From positions 3,818 through 36,886 of the forward strand of contig JAGIAF010000001.1 in assembly GCA_017745015.1 (NCBI GenBank): 33,069 nucleotides of DNA, given 5' to 3'. Under the pieces are notes generated by a model that saw only the letters and a program-made list of their open reading frames with translations, ran no database searches and was not told where the DNA came from. Positions 8,290 to 17,325 of the stretch are shown piece after piece (position 1 is the first letter of the stretch; each line of letters starts with the position of its first letter). Source of the stretch: Bdellovibrio sp. Its GTDB lineage: Bacteria; Bdellovibrionota; Bdellovibrionia; Bdellovibrionales; Bdellovibrionaceae. A program made the position numbers and the translations under genes.

Positions 8290-11249
8290 GAAACCTTAAA
8301 AGCATCCTCATTATTACCCCTGTCTTAGCCGGCGCTTTGTTTGCGCAAATCGCTCGTGCTGAGAAAATGAACAACGACACGCAAGATCTTGTGGTGAGCA
8401 AGATGGAGCGTGTCCTTTCCGCTATGGATAAAAAGGACCCTTCTTGGGTTCCTACGCAGCAGCGTCTTGCTGACGTCTTAGCAGAAAGAGCCCGTACACG
8501 CTTCATGCAAGAAGTGGAAGCGAACTGTGACGGCTGTAAGGGCTCTAAAGAGGATCGCCAAAAGGCTATCAAGATCTATGAGACCTTGCTGTCTCAACTT
8601 GAGATCAACGAGCACGGTCCCGTGCTTTTCCAATTGGCTCACTTGTATGAAATGGCCGGCCAAAACGATAAAGCGATTTCTCTTTTTGAGACAATCGTAA
8701 AGGACGCTAAAAAGAAATCCATCAACCCTGCGATCGTATCTAAGTCGCACGCAGCGCTGGGTGATCTTTTGTTCCAAAAACAAAAATTCAAAGAAGCCAA
8801 AGCTCATTACCAAATTGCTTTGAAAGATAAGAAGTTGGAAAACCGCGCTCTTGCCATCTACAACATGGCTTGGTGTGATTTCAACGACGACAAGCTGAAC
8901 TCTGCTATCGCGACGATGGAAGGCCTTTTGCGCCAACCCAACTTAATCACACGTGACACGGATGCAGGCTCTGCCTATGACCCTGTTTTTCATGCTGATA
9001 TCAGCCGTGACCTTGTGACTTTCTATTCTCGTAAAGCGATCAAAACACAAGACATCGCTCGTTACGAAGTTCTTGCGCCAAAAGAAAAGCGTAAAGAATT
9101 GCTTTTGAACTTCGCTTCAGAAGCAGACCGCGTTGGTCAAAAACAAGCCGCCCACGATATCTTGAGCCGCTATATGGACCAAGAAGGCTTGACGAAATCA
9201 GAAGCCCTGGAAGCTTTTGTTCGCATGGCCCAAATCAACTACGACCGTGGTCAAACAAGCCAATCCACTCAAGACTTTGCTAAAGCCGCAGCTGCTTTCA
9301 AAGACACCAAGTGCGAAGACGACTCTAAATGCCAAGAGTTGCAAAAAACGATGAAACGCTATGTGACCGAGCTTCACCGTTCTAAAAAATTAAAACCAGA
9401 TCAAGATCTTTTGAATGCCTATGTGATCTACAGCAATACCTTCCCACAAGATGCTGAGATGACAAACCGCGGAGCTCACGTTGCTGTTGAGATGAATAAA
9501 CCTGCGATCGCAGTTCAATTGTACAGAACAATCAGCGAAACAAGCTCCTTCTCTGAGAAAGAGCGCCATGAAGCTTTGATGAATGAAGTTTCAGTTGCTG
9601 AGCAATCAAAAGATCCTGCCTTGCAAAAGCAGGCTTACGCGCACTTCTTGAAATACAGCAAAGACGATGCGAAAAGCTTCGAAATTCGTTACCAAATCGC
9701 TTACTTGAGCTACCAACAAAAACAGCTTAAGGAAGCCGCTATCGCTTTCAATGATTTGACTGATGATAAAGATGGCAAGCCAGAACTTCGTAAGAAAGCT
9801 GCGGACCTTGCTCTAGACAGCATGGCGCAGCTTAAAGACGACGAAAAAATCCAAGAATGGGCCGCTGACTACGCTTCCCGTTTCCCACAAGCTCGTGCGG
9901 AATACGAAGCCATGGCTCGCAAAGCTTTGATGAATCAAGCGGCTTTGGTAGCGAACGCTCAGACTCCAGACAAGTCTGCGATGAAGTCCGTTCTTAAAAA
10001 GATCCAAGCAACAAACTTGGCTGGCACCAAAGCTGACGAGAAAATTCTTTTCCTTACGAATCAGAGCATTCTCGCTCAGAAATTGAGCGAAGAAGAAACT
10101 TACGTGAAGTCTCTTCAAGCATTGATCGCAATGCCGGAAGTAACTGAAGCGAAAAAAGAAGCTTTGCTTGAACAATTGACTGGTTACTATGAAAAGAAAC
10201 TGGATTTTGCTAACGCTTACCGCACAGCTTTGAGAATGAGATCTCCCAAAGTAAGCGAAAAAGAGCGTGAATTCCGTTTAGGCACATTGGCGGACCTTGC
10301 AGATATGCGTCCTGAAAAACACTATCGCAACGCTTTGAAATTGGGCATCACTGGAGATCGTGCCCTTATCATGCGCTCTCGCCTAGTTCTTTTGGCTTCA
10401 AACCCAGTAAGAGAATTGAAAGACCAAGCGTCTGAATTAAAACGCAAACCAGTGCTTCTAAATGAGACAGTATTGCTGGTTTATGCTCGTACAGGCAATA
10501 AAGAGGCATTGCAATCGATCTTAGCGATGAAGGAAATCCGCAATAAATCAGCGGCCTCATTCATCCAAAAGCAAGCGATCTATGACCGTGCTTTGACGTT
10601 CAAAAATCAAATCGCAGCTCACCAACTTGTTATTAAAAACGACAAGTTGTTACAGAGAACAATCTCCGAGCGCATGAAGCTTTTGAGTCGCGCTGACAGC
10701 CTTATGCAAGATGCTGTGAAAACTAAAGATATCACCGCTCAAGTAATGGCTTTGAACATCGTGGCTCAGGAAAATCAGAGAATGGTTCGTGATCTTGCCG
10801 GATTGCCAATGCCGAAAGGCTTGAGCGCTGAAGAGCAAGCTCAATACGTGAATATCCTTAAAGGCCGTTCAAAACCGTTCTTGATGAAGGCTAAATTCGC
10901 TGAACAACGCGAACAAGAACTTTTTAACACATCTAGCGGTCTTGCGCAGCTTGCGACCGAATACAAAACAGCTCGTCCTGAAGTTCAAAAACTTTTGAGC
11001 CGCGAAATGACGATCGTAGATCAGCTTCCTGGTCGCGGTAAAATGAAATCTGCTGTATCAGATGCGCTAAATACGTCACAAGTGAGCGAAAAAGAGCTCT
11101 TGAGCGCACGTAAGTCAGTTTCGGAAGACCCCGAAAATACTCAGGAACTTCTGAAGCTCAAAAACATTGAGACAAAAATTGGCCATCCATTGATGCCGTC
11201 GTACCTGGAAGCTCGTTTAAATCAAATCCAGAGAGGAAAAAGCCTATGA
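8286..11249 (+). CDS. Large periplasmic TPR protein (GltD/AgmU-like)
   Basis: Signal peptide (..IARA); many TPR-type helices (VLFQLAHLYE, AIYNMAWC, IRYQIAYLSY); C-terminal PMPKGLSAEEQAQY resembles AgmU/GltD-like proteins; ATGA coupling. Confidence 0.8.
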   Translation: MRNLKSILIITPVLAGALFAQIARAEKMNNDTQDLVVSKMERVLSAMDKKDPSWVPTQQRLADVLAERARTRFMQEVEANCDGCKGSKEDRQKAIKIYETLLSQLEINEHGPVLFQLAHLYEMAGQNDKAISLFETIVKDAKKKSINPAIVSKSHAALGDLLFQKQKFKEAKAHYQIALKDKKLENRALAIYNMAWCDFNDDKLNSAIATMEGLLRQPNLITRDTDAGSAYDPVFHADISRDLVTFYSRKAIKTQDIARYEVLAPKEKRKELLLNFASEADRVGQKQAAHDILSRYMDQEGLTKSEALEAFVRMAQINYDRGQTSQSTQDFAKAAAAFKDTKCEDDSKCQELQKTMKRYVTELHRSKKLKPDQDLLNAYVIYSNTFPQDAEMTNRGAHVAVEMNKPAIAVQLYRTISETSSFSEKERHEALMNEVSVAEQSKDPALQKQAYAHFLKYSKDDAKSFEIRYQIAYLSYQQKQLKEAAIAFNDLTDDKDGKPELRKKAADLALDSMAQLKDDEKIQEWAADYASRFPQARAEYEAMARKALMNQAALVANAQTPDKSAMKSVLKKIQATNLAGTKADEKILFLTNQSILAQKLSEEETYVKSLQALIAMPEVTEAKKEALLEQLTGYYEKKLDFANAYRTALRMRSPKVSEKEREFRLGTLADLADMRPEKHYRNALKLGITGDRALIMRSRLVLLASNPVRELKDQASELKRKPVLLNETVLLVYARTGNKEALQSILAMKEIRNKSAASFIQKQAIYDRALTFKNQIAAHQLVIKNDKLLQRTISERMKLLSRADSLMQDAVKTKDITAQVMALNIVAQENQRMVRDLAGLPMPKGLSAEEQAQYVNILKGRSKPFLMKAKFAEQREQELFNTSSGLAQLATEYKTARPEVQKLLSREMTIVDQLPGRGKMKSAVSDALNTSQVSEKELLSARKSVSEDPENTQELLKLKNIETKIGHPLMPSYLEARLNQIQRGKSL

Positions 11250-11512
11250 AAAAGGTGATTTTTTTGGCCCCCTTCTTGCTTAGTCTGCTAACAGCGCAAA
11301 GCCTTTTCGCACAAGGAAATGTGAAAAAGAACGATGCACTGAAAGCGAAACTGGGTACTTCCTTTAAATTTGATGGGACCGCCCTTCGCGGAAAATACCA
11401 AAGCTCTCTGAACACGAAAGCCACGGTAGAAAACGATAAGTTGTTAGAAGATCTTCTCGCCGGGCGCAAAGAGTTCAGTGACAGAATCGAAGAAGATCAA
11501 CAAAGAAATTAG
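11246..11512 (+). CDS. Small secreted protein (GltF-like)
   Basis: Signal peptide; FKFDGTALRGK..LL..RKEFSDRI pattern; lies just before the GltG-like gene; ATGA coupling. Confidence 0.65.
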   Translation: MKKVIFLAPFLLSLLTAQSLFAQGNVKKNDALKAKLGTSFKFDGTALRGKYQSSLNTKATVENDKLLEDLLAGRKEFSDRIEEDQQRN

Positions 11513-11523
11513 TGGGACGTAAC

Positions 11524-12756
11524 ATGAGCACAGCAAAATTAATCATTCTAGAAAACAGCTTGGGCCAAAAGGTCCGCACGTTTTCTGTGGATTCAGAAGC
11601 TCTTAACGTCGTTTATCTTAAAGATTCTCGTCGCGTTGAGGCTTTGGCTGATTTGAAAGTTCTAGATAAGAACAATATCGACTATCGCCTTCTTCACAGC
11701 TTCTCTATGGACCAAATGGGCACTGACGGTATCGCCTTGAACGGTTTGGGTCGCCTTCGTCTGGCAGGTCAAAACGATCAAGCAAGCCCTCGTTACTCTT
11801 TAGCAGCTGAAAACGATGAGGAGCAACTTAAAGTACTTTTGACGAAAACAGCCTTGAGCCACTTGATCGCATTATTCATGATCATGGCAGGTACATGGGT
11901 ATTCGCTAATTACTTCTCTAAGAAAGAAGAAGCTCCTCTGGTGACGATCGTGTTGCCAAAAGAAGAAGCTCCTAAAAAGATCGTTGAGGAAGTTAAACGT
12001 CCTCACGTGAAAGTTTCAGAGAAGAAAATCAAACCGACTAATAAGGTGTATCGTCCGGTTGTAAAACAACAACTTAAAACGAAACCTTACACAGTTAAAA
12101 CAGCTAAAGCTCGCGACGTACAGCGCGTGGGTGCTTTGGCAGCTTTGGGTGGTACTTTGAAAGGTACTAAAGGCTATGAAGGTTTGGATAATAATTCTAT
12201 GAAAGCCATCCGCGCAGCCGGTATCGGTTCTGGCGGCGGCGGCGTTGGCAGTACAGGTCGCGGCGGTATCAAAGGTTACCTTCCAGGTAACGGTTTGATC
12301 GCTGGTTCTGCGGGTGAAGGCGGTCGCGCACAAAGTGCTGGCGGTTACGGCACTCGTGGTGTTGGCGGCGGTCGCGCTGGCTACGGCAAATTGAATATGG
12401 TTGGCGGCACTTCAGCAACGAGTTTGCCTCTTGATGAAGAAGCCACTGTTGAAGGCGGTTTGGATCGCGATCAAATCATCGCAGTTATCAACCGCAACAG
12501 AGGTCAAATCGTATATTGCTATGAAAAAGGTCTGCAAGCGCAACCAGCCATTGGCGGACGCGTTGCAGTTGATTTCGTGATCGGCCCATCAGGTCGTATC
12601 ACAAGCGCGAGAGTCGCTCAGTCTTCATTGGGTTCAGCAACAGTTGAAAACTGTATGCTCGCTCGTATGAAGACATGGCAGTTCCCGCGCCCCGTTGGAA
12701 AAGTTAACGTAGACGTTTTATATCCGTTCGAATTGATGCGCGTAAGCAGCAGATAA
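11524..12756 (+). CDS. TonB-like energy transducer with AgmX/PglI C-terminal domain (GltG-like)
   Basis: Single TM, Lys/Pro-rich linker, Gly-rich tract, then GGLDRDQI..CYEKGL..GRVAVDFVIGPSG..VENC..WQFPRP..YPF; ATG 11524 follows GGGA (GTG 11512 is an alternative). Confidence 0.88.
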   Translation: MSTAKLIILENSLGQKVRTFSVDSEALNVVYLKDSRRVEALADLKVLDKNNIDYRLLHSFSMDQMGTDGIALNGLGRLRLAGQNDQASPRYSLAAENDEEQLKVLLTKTALSHLIALFMIMAGTWVFANYFSKKEEAPLVTIVLPKEEAPKKIVEEVKRPHVKVSEKKIKPTNKVYRPVVKQQLKTKPYTVKTAKARDVQRVGALAALGGTLKGTKGYEGLDNNSMKAIRAAGIGSGGGGVGSTGRGGIKGYLPGNGLIAGSAGEGGRAQSAGGYGTRGVGGGRAGYGKLNMVGGTSATSLPLDEEATVEGGLDRDQIIAVINRNRGQIVYCYEKGLQAQPAIGGRVAVDFVIGPSGRITSARVAQSSLGSATVENCMLARMKTWQFPRPVGKVNVDVLYPFELMRVSSR

Positions 12757-12777
12757 TTTTTTGGATAAGAGGTTTGT

Positions 12778-14154
12778 ATGAAAATGGTTAAGAACTTTAT
12801 TCTTGTTGTTCCCGCAGCAATGACTCTCGCAGCCTGCAATGGCTGGGATAAAAGCCCATCTTCAGATTTGGAAACACTTCGTGCCCAAGCAAAAGTGGTC
12901 ACGCAAATGGGGCCAGATAAACCTCGTGAAATCATCAAAACAGTTGTAACTACTAAGACTGATACAAAAACAGTTGAAGAAAAAACTGTAGACGCCAGCT
13001 TCTTGAATATCGTGAACGAGCCAGTCATGGCTTTCAGCGAAGGAAAAGCGGCAACTTACAAATTCCGCGCCTTCACAACAATCCCAGGTGCGGTTGTTAA
13101 ATTGACTGCGAAAGGCGCAACAGAGCAACTTCCAGAAGGTCTTTCGATTCAACTATCTAAAACAGAAAAGGACGTTTACGTAGTGAGCTGGACTCCAGCT
13201 CTTTACACAGTCAAAGCTGAATCTCGCCTTATCAAAGTAAACTTGGTATTGAGTGTCGTAAATCCTGGTCAAGCTCCAAATCCAGAAGCGGTTAAAGGTT
13301 TGACCGCTGAGAGCTCTATCGTTCTTTTAGTGACTAAAACTCAACAAGCTCCTTCAAATGTTAAAGTTGAAGGTTTGAAATCTGAAATCAACGAAGGCAC
13401 GTTGACGCCGTTCACAGTAACTGTAACGGTTCCTGGTATCGACGGCAAAGCTGTCCAAAAACCAGTTATCAATGCTTCTTTTGACGGTGTAAGTGTTACT
13501 GCCGGCAACAGTTTCCAAGAATTGGATGGTTCACGTCATATTATCGCGGACTTGAACAAGAAAGATCCTGAGTACTTGGGTGATTCTAAATGGAAATACT
13601 CTTTGATCTTCGACACTAAGAACATCTCTGTACAACCACAACTTGCTAAAGATGGTTCGATCATGAAATCCGCTGACGGCACACGCGTTCGTTTTGTTGT
13701 TAAAGTTAACAACAACGGCCTTGAAGCCTCTTCGTTGGTTCAAACTAAAATTCGCTACAACAAATCAATCGCAGCTCCCCGCTTCGACCTTTCAGGTATT
13801 GCGAAGCAAGCCCTTGAAATCTCTGCTGGCGAATCTGTATCTTTGAAGTTCTTCGCTCTTTCGGCTGATAAAAACGCAGTAGTCAAAGTGGAAACTAAAA
13901 ACTCGGCCCTAGCCGGTAATCCACAAGTAACTTGTGCTGATTCTGCAACCGGCAGCAGCAAGCAAGACTGTACTTTGACTTGGACAGCACCTTGCGACGC
14001 GACGGCAGAGCAATTGACAGGCGCAGTTGAAATGACGGCAACAAGTACTGTTGACGGCCGTATCTCTGAAGTGACTTCTTATTCTTTGAAAACTGTGAAA
14101 GCAGCTGCTGATAAAGGTCTTTGCCAAGAAGCTGCTAAGACGGAGGCGAAATAG
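12778..14154 (+). CDS. Beta-rich lipoprotein with probable Ig/cadherin-like domains
   Basis: Lipobox LAAC (Cys20); LPEGLS..VSWTP and LTWTAP motifs; Thr/Val-rich; four C-terminal Cys; GAGG RBS. Confidence 0.75.
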   Translation: MKMVKNFILVVPAAMTLAACNGWDKSPSSDLETLRAQAKVVTQMGPDKPREIIKTVVTTKTDTKTVEEKTVDASFLNIVNEPVMAFSEGKAATYKFRAFTTIPGAVVKLTAKGATEQLPEGLSIQLSKTEKDVYVVSWTPALYTVKAESRLIKVNLVLSVVNPGQAPNPEAVKGLTAESSIVLLVTKTQQAPSNVKVEGLKSEINEGTLTPFTVTVTVPGIDGKAVQKPVINASFDGVSVTAGNSFQELDGSRHIIADLNKKDPEYLGDSKWKYSLIFDTKNISVQPQLAKDGSIMKSADGTRVRFVVKVNNNGLEASSLVQTKIRYNKSIAAPRFDLSGIAKQALEISAGESVSLKFFALSADKNAVVKVETKNSALAGNPQVTCADSATGSSKQDCTLTWTAPCDATAEQLTGAVEMTATSTVDGRISEVTSYSLKTVKAAADKGLCQEAAKTEAK

Positions 14155-14156
14155 TT

Positions 14157-14909
14157 ATGAAAAACTTTAAACTTCTTTCCGCTTCAATTTTGATGATCGC
14201 TCTTTCTGCAAATGCGGCGATGGCGGCACAAAAGAAAGCTGCTAAAGCAACAACTCAACAAGCTCCGATCACACAAGATATCGATTCTTTAGGTGGTAAC
14301 CAAGAGTTGATGGACATGGCTCAAAATATTAAAGCTGAAAACCGCAGCCGTATCGTTCAAGACCGTATCGTTGAAAGAAGAAACCGTGTTGAAATGGGTG
14401 TTTCTTACGGCATGAACTTCGGTGGCGATGCTTATACGAAAACTCAAGCTTTGGGTGTAGCTCTTGACTACCACATCACTCCCCGTTGGTCTGTGGGCGC
14501 AAGATACTATGACTTCGGCAACTCTTTGACTCCAGAAGGCGATCGTATCTTTAAACAAGCTAAAGAAAACTACGCAGCTGGCGGCCGGGCTTACGCTGTT
14601 GATATCGACTACCCAGAAAACGCAGCAATGGCTGTTGTGAACTGGTACCCAATCTACGGTAAAACAAGCTTCCTTGATATGGGTGTAACTCAGTTCGATA
14701 TGTACCTTCTTGGCGGCGGCGGTCAAATCACACTTTCCAGCGGTACAACAGCCGCTTATACAGGTGGTCTTGGCGTAGGTGCATGGATCAGCAAACACCT
14801 TACTGCAAGAGCTGAGATCCGTTACGTAACTTATAAAGATCAACCGGTCACTGGCGAACGTACTTTGGACGTTATCACTGGCAACCTTGGCTTTGGATGG
14901 ATGTTATGA
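14157..14909 (+). CDS. Outer-membrane beta-barrel (GltA/GltB/GltH-like)
   Basis: Signal peptide; IVQDR, WYPIYGK, FDMYLLGGGG, RAEIR motifs; C-terminal amphipathic strand. Confidence 0.85.
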   Translation: MKNFKLLSASILMIALSANAAMAAQKKAAKATTQQAPITQDIDSLGGNQELMDMAQNIKAENRSRIVQDRIVERRNRVEMGVSYGMNFGGDAYTKTQALGVALDYHITPRWSVGARYYDFGNSLTPEGDRIFKQAKENYAAGGRAYAVDIDYPENAAMAVVNWYPIYGKTSFLDMGVTQFDMYLLGGGGQITLSSGTTAAYTGGLGVGAWISKHLTARAEIRYVTYKDQPVTGERTLDVITGNLGFGWML

Positions 14910-15967
14910 TTTCCAAGAAGGCAGTTCTCTCTCAACTAGCGATGATCGCAGTTCTTGGTGCTAGCACTAGCGCCTTGGCGGCAGATCGTTTTTCTGTGGA
15001 GGATTGGGGCAAATCTTTCAAGGCGTCTTTGTCTGAAAAAAGCGGCAAAACGACTTTAGATCTTCTTGATTTCAAAAAACTTGAGAACAAGACCATCTCT
15101 GCAGAATCAGAAGCTAAAAATAAAATCAAAAAAGCCCGCGAACTTTTCGCTAAGGGCAAATTTGATCAGTCTTTAGAACTTTATAACCAAATCCCTAAAG
15201 GATCTGATTACTGGTTTCAGGCAGTGGAAGAAAAAGGTTGGGCTTACTTCCGTAAGAATGATTCTGAAAAAGCTATTGCTCAATCTAAAACATTAATCAG
15301 CCCACAATTCGCGGAAGTGGTGAACTCTGAAGCGTTCTTATTGCAGTCTTTGGCAAATCTTAAGATATGTAACTATAAAGAAGTCTTCAACACGACTCAA
15401 ATGTTTAAAGAAAAACAACGTGAGCGTATCGCTTCTGTGCAAATCCTTTCAAAAGAAGGATTTAGTGATTCCTTCATCAACGTTTTGAAGAAAGTGAACA
15501 AGTTCCCTCTTCAAGCTTCAGATGTTGGCGAATCATTGGTTGATATGCCAGTGCTTTACTACAAAGACCTCGAGCTTCAACGTCAAATGTTGAGATTCAA
15601 AGTCAGCCAAAAAGCGATGGAAATCCTTCGCGACAATGGCACTCAAGCCAAACTTCAAGGTCAGCTTGATAAAATCAACCAAGAAGCTTTTGGCAAAATG
15701 AAATTACGCTTGAAAGCCTTGGCTTCCCAAGAAACTCAAGACAACAAAAAGGTTGTTGCGAAGTTGAACTTGGTTGAAGTCGAAGCGATCCAACGCATCC
15801 ATACAGACCAACAGCTTGATAAAAAGGCGTTCACGGAAAACAAATTTCGCGAGACGACTGACGATCAATTGGTATTTATGGACGACGGCAAACCTTGGAT
15901 TGATGAACTTGATAAGTATGACGTAGTAACCAAGTCCTGCCCTCAAAACGTTAGGAGGAAAATGTGA
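14906..15967 (+). CDS. Periplasmic TPR protein (GltC-like)
   Basis: Signal peptide; IPKGSDYWFQAVEEKGWAYF, SPQF, LKICNY and the C-terminal PWIDELDKY..C; ATG 14906 overlaps the upstream TGA. Confidence 0.75.
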   Translation: MISKKAVLSQLAMIAVLGASTSALAADRFSVEDWGKSFKASLSEKSGKTTLDLLDFKKLENKTISAESEAKNKIKKARELFAKGKFDQSLELYNQIPKGSDYWFQAVEEKGWAYFRKNDSEKAIAQSKTLISPQFAEVVNSEAFLLQSLANLKICNYKEVFNTTQMFKEKQRERIASVQILSKEGFSDSFINVLKKVNKFPLQASDVGESLVDMPVLYYKDLELQRQMLRFKVSQKAMEILRDNGTQAKLQGQLDKINQEAFGKMKLRLKALASQETQDNKKVVAKLNLVEVEAIQRIHTDQQLDKKAFTENKFRETTDDQLVFMDDGKPWIDELDKYDVVTKSCPQNVRRKM

Positions 15968-17235
15968 AACAACTTTTAGCACTTTGCATTTACCTATCAG
16001 CATTGATGTTGTTCGCAGCCTGCAGTCAGCAATCTGGGACGATCTTGGCTGAAAAGGACTTAACTCAACCTGAAGTTAAGATTCCTCAATACGAGCAGAT
16101 CCCAGACCAAACGTTTACTTGGATCACTGAGGACGGAGGTCAAAGCCAACTTGATTTCAACCCACGCGTTGATATCTTGTTTGTGACGGACAACTCAGAC
16201 TCCATGAAATCTGCTCAAGAGAACTTGATCAAGAACTTGGGTCGTTTCACTAACGGCATCACAAGCAACAAAATGATCGACTACCATATCGGTGTTATCA
16301 CGGTATGGGACAGCTCAGAGCGTTTCGCAAAACTTAAAAAAGACTCTTACGGTGAAGGTGAACTTCGCTTCATCAAGAACTCTAAAGGTCAAACTGCCGA
16401 TCGTCGCTATGTTACAAAAGCAGACGGCAGCAATATCTTAGCAGCAACTTTGAACGTGGGTGTTGCACCTTACGATCAAGGCGGTCCAGAGAAAGAAGAG
16501 TTTTTCGCTCCTTTAAAAGCGGCTCTTGAAAAAACAGGCCGTGGCGCTGCGAATGAAGGTTTCTTCCGTGATGACGCTCAATTGGTTGTGATCCTTTTAA
16601 CTGACGCTGATGAATCTAACAGTTCTATCAGACCAGAAGATATGGTTCAAACTTTGATCGACTTTAAAGGTGGCCGCCAAGATAAGGTCTCTGTCTATGG
16701 GGCTCTTGTTCGCGCCAGCGATCCAGACCAATACAAAGATTGGGCTTTGCGTATTCACCCGACTTACAATCCGAAGTGCTTCGATATGACTGGCAAGACT
16801 CCTAAGAACTTGGGAATCTGTAAAGGTTTCGGTCCAGAATTGCTTGAACAATTCATCATTCTTGCAAATGCTGACGCGGGTGATGCAACCCAAATCCGCG
16901 CGAAATACATGATGCCAATCACTTCAGAGAAATTCGGTACAGACTTGTCTCGTATCGGCGACTCGATCACAATTAAAACTTTGGAAAAGGAAATCTTCCT
17001 TTCTCAACGTCCTCGTGTGGACTCTAAAACTGGCGAATTAATGGTTCGCGTTCGTTACGGCACTCCAGAGGCTTTAGCCGCTGGCAAAGGTCAAGTGATC
17101 CCACGTAACGATGAAACGGGCTGGAGATTTGTTGCGGCAAATAACTCTGTGAAGCTTTCTGGTAACGTTAAGTACCAATACGTAGAAGGTGCACGTTTTG
17201 CAGTAGATATGATCCCCGTAACTTTGAAGAAATAA
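15964..17235 (+). CDS. vWA-domain lipoprotein with MIDAS motif
   Basis: GTG start after AGGAGG; lipobox FAAC (Cys20); VDILFVTDNSDSM (DxSxS); FFRDDAQLVVILLTDADE. Confidence 0.85.
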   Translation: MKQLLALCIYLSALMLFAACSQQSGTILAEKDLTQPEVKIPQYEQIPDQTFTWITEDGGQSQLDFNPRVDILFVTDNSDSMKSAQENLIKNLGRFTNGITSNKMIDYHIGVITVWDSSERFAKLKKDSYGEGELRFIKNSKGQTADRRYVTKADGSNILAATLNVGVAPYDQGGPEKEEFFAPLKAALEKTGRGAANEGFFRDDAQLVVILLTDADESNSSIRPEDMVQTLIDFKGGRQDKVSVYGALVRASDPDQYKDWALRIHPTYNPKCFDMTGKTPKNLGICKGFGPELLEQFIILANADAGDATQIRAKYMMPITSEKFGTDLSRIGDSITIKTLEKEIFLSQRPRVDSKTGELMVRVRYGTPEALAAGKGQVIPRNDETGWRFVAANNSVKLSGNVKYQYVEGARFAVDMIPVTLKK

Positions 17236-17264
17236 TTTAAATTTTTCAGTCCCCTCCCAAAATT

Positions 17265-17292
17265 AAAAAGCCACCTTCAGGTGGCTTTTTTT
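17265..17292. terminator. Bidirectional intrinsic terminator
   Basis: AAAAAGCCACCT-TC-AGGTGGCTTTTTTT between convergent genes. Confidence 0.92.
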
Positions 17293-17325
17293 ATGCGCCG
17301 TTGCCCCAAAAAAGTGTCTTGCACC

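Noticed and set aside
12200-12410. GGC/GGT-rich quasi-repeats
   Set aside because: Explained by the Gly-rich linker of the GltG-like protein; not a DNA repeat or CRISPR array.
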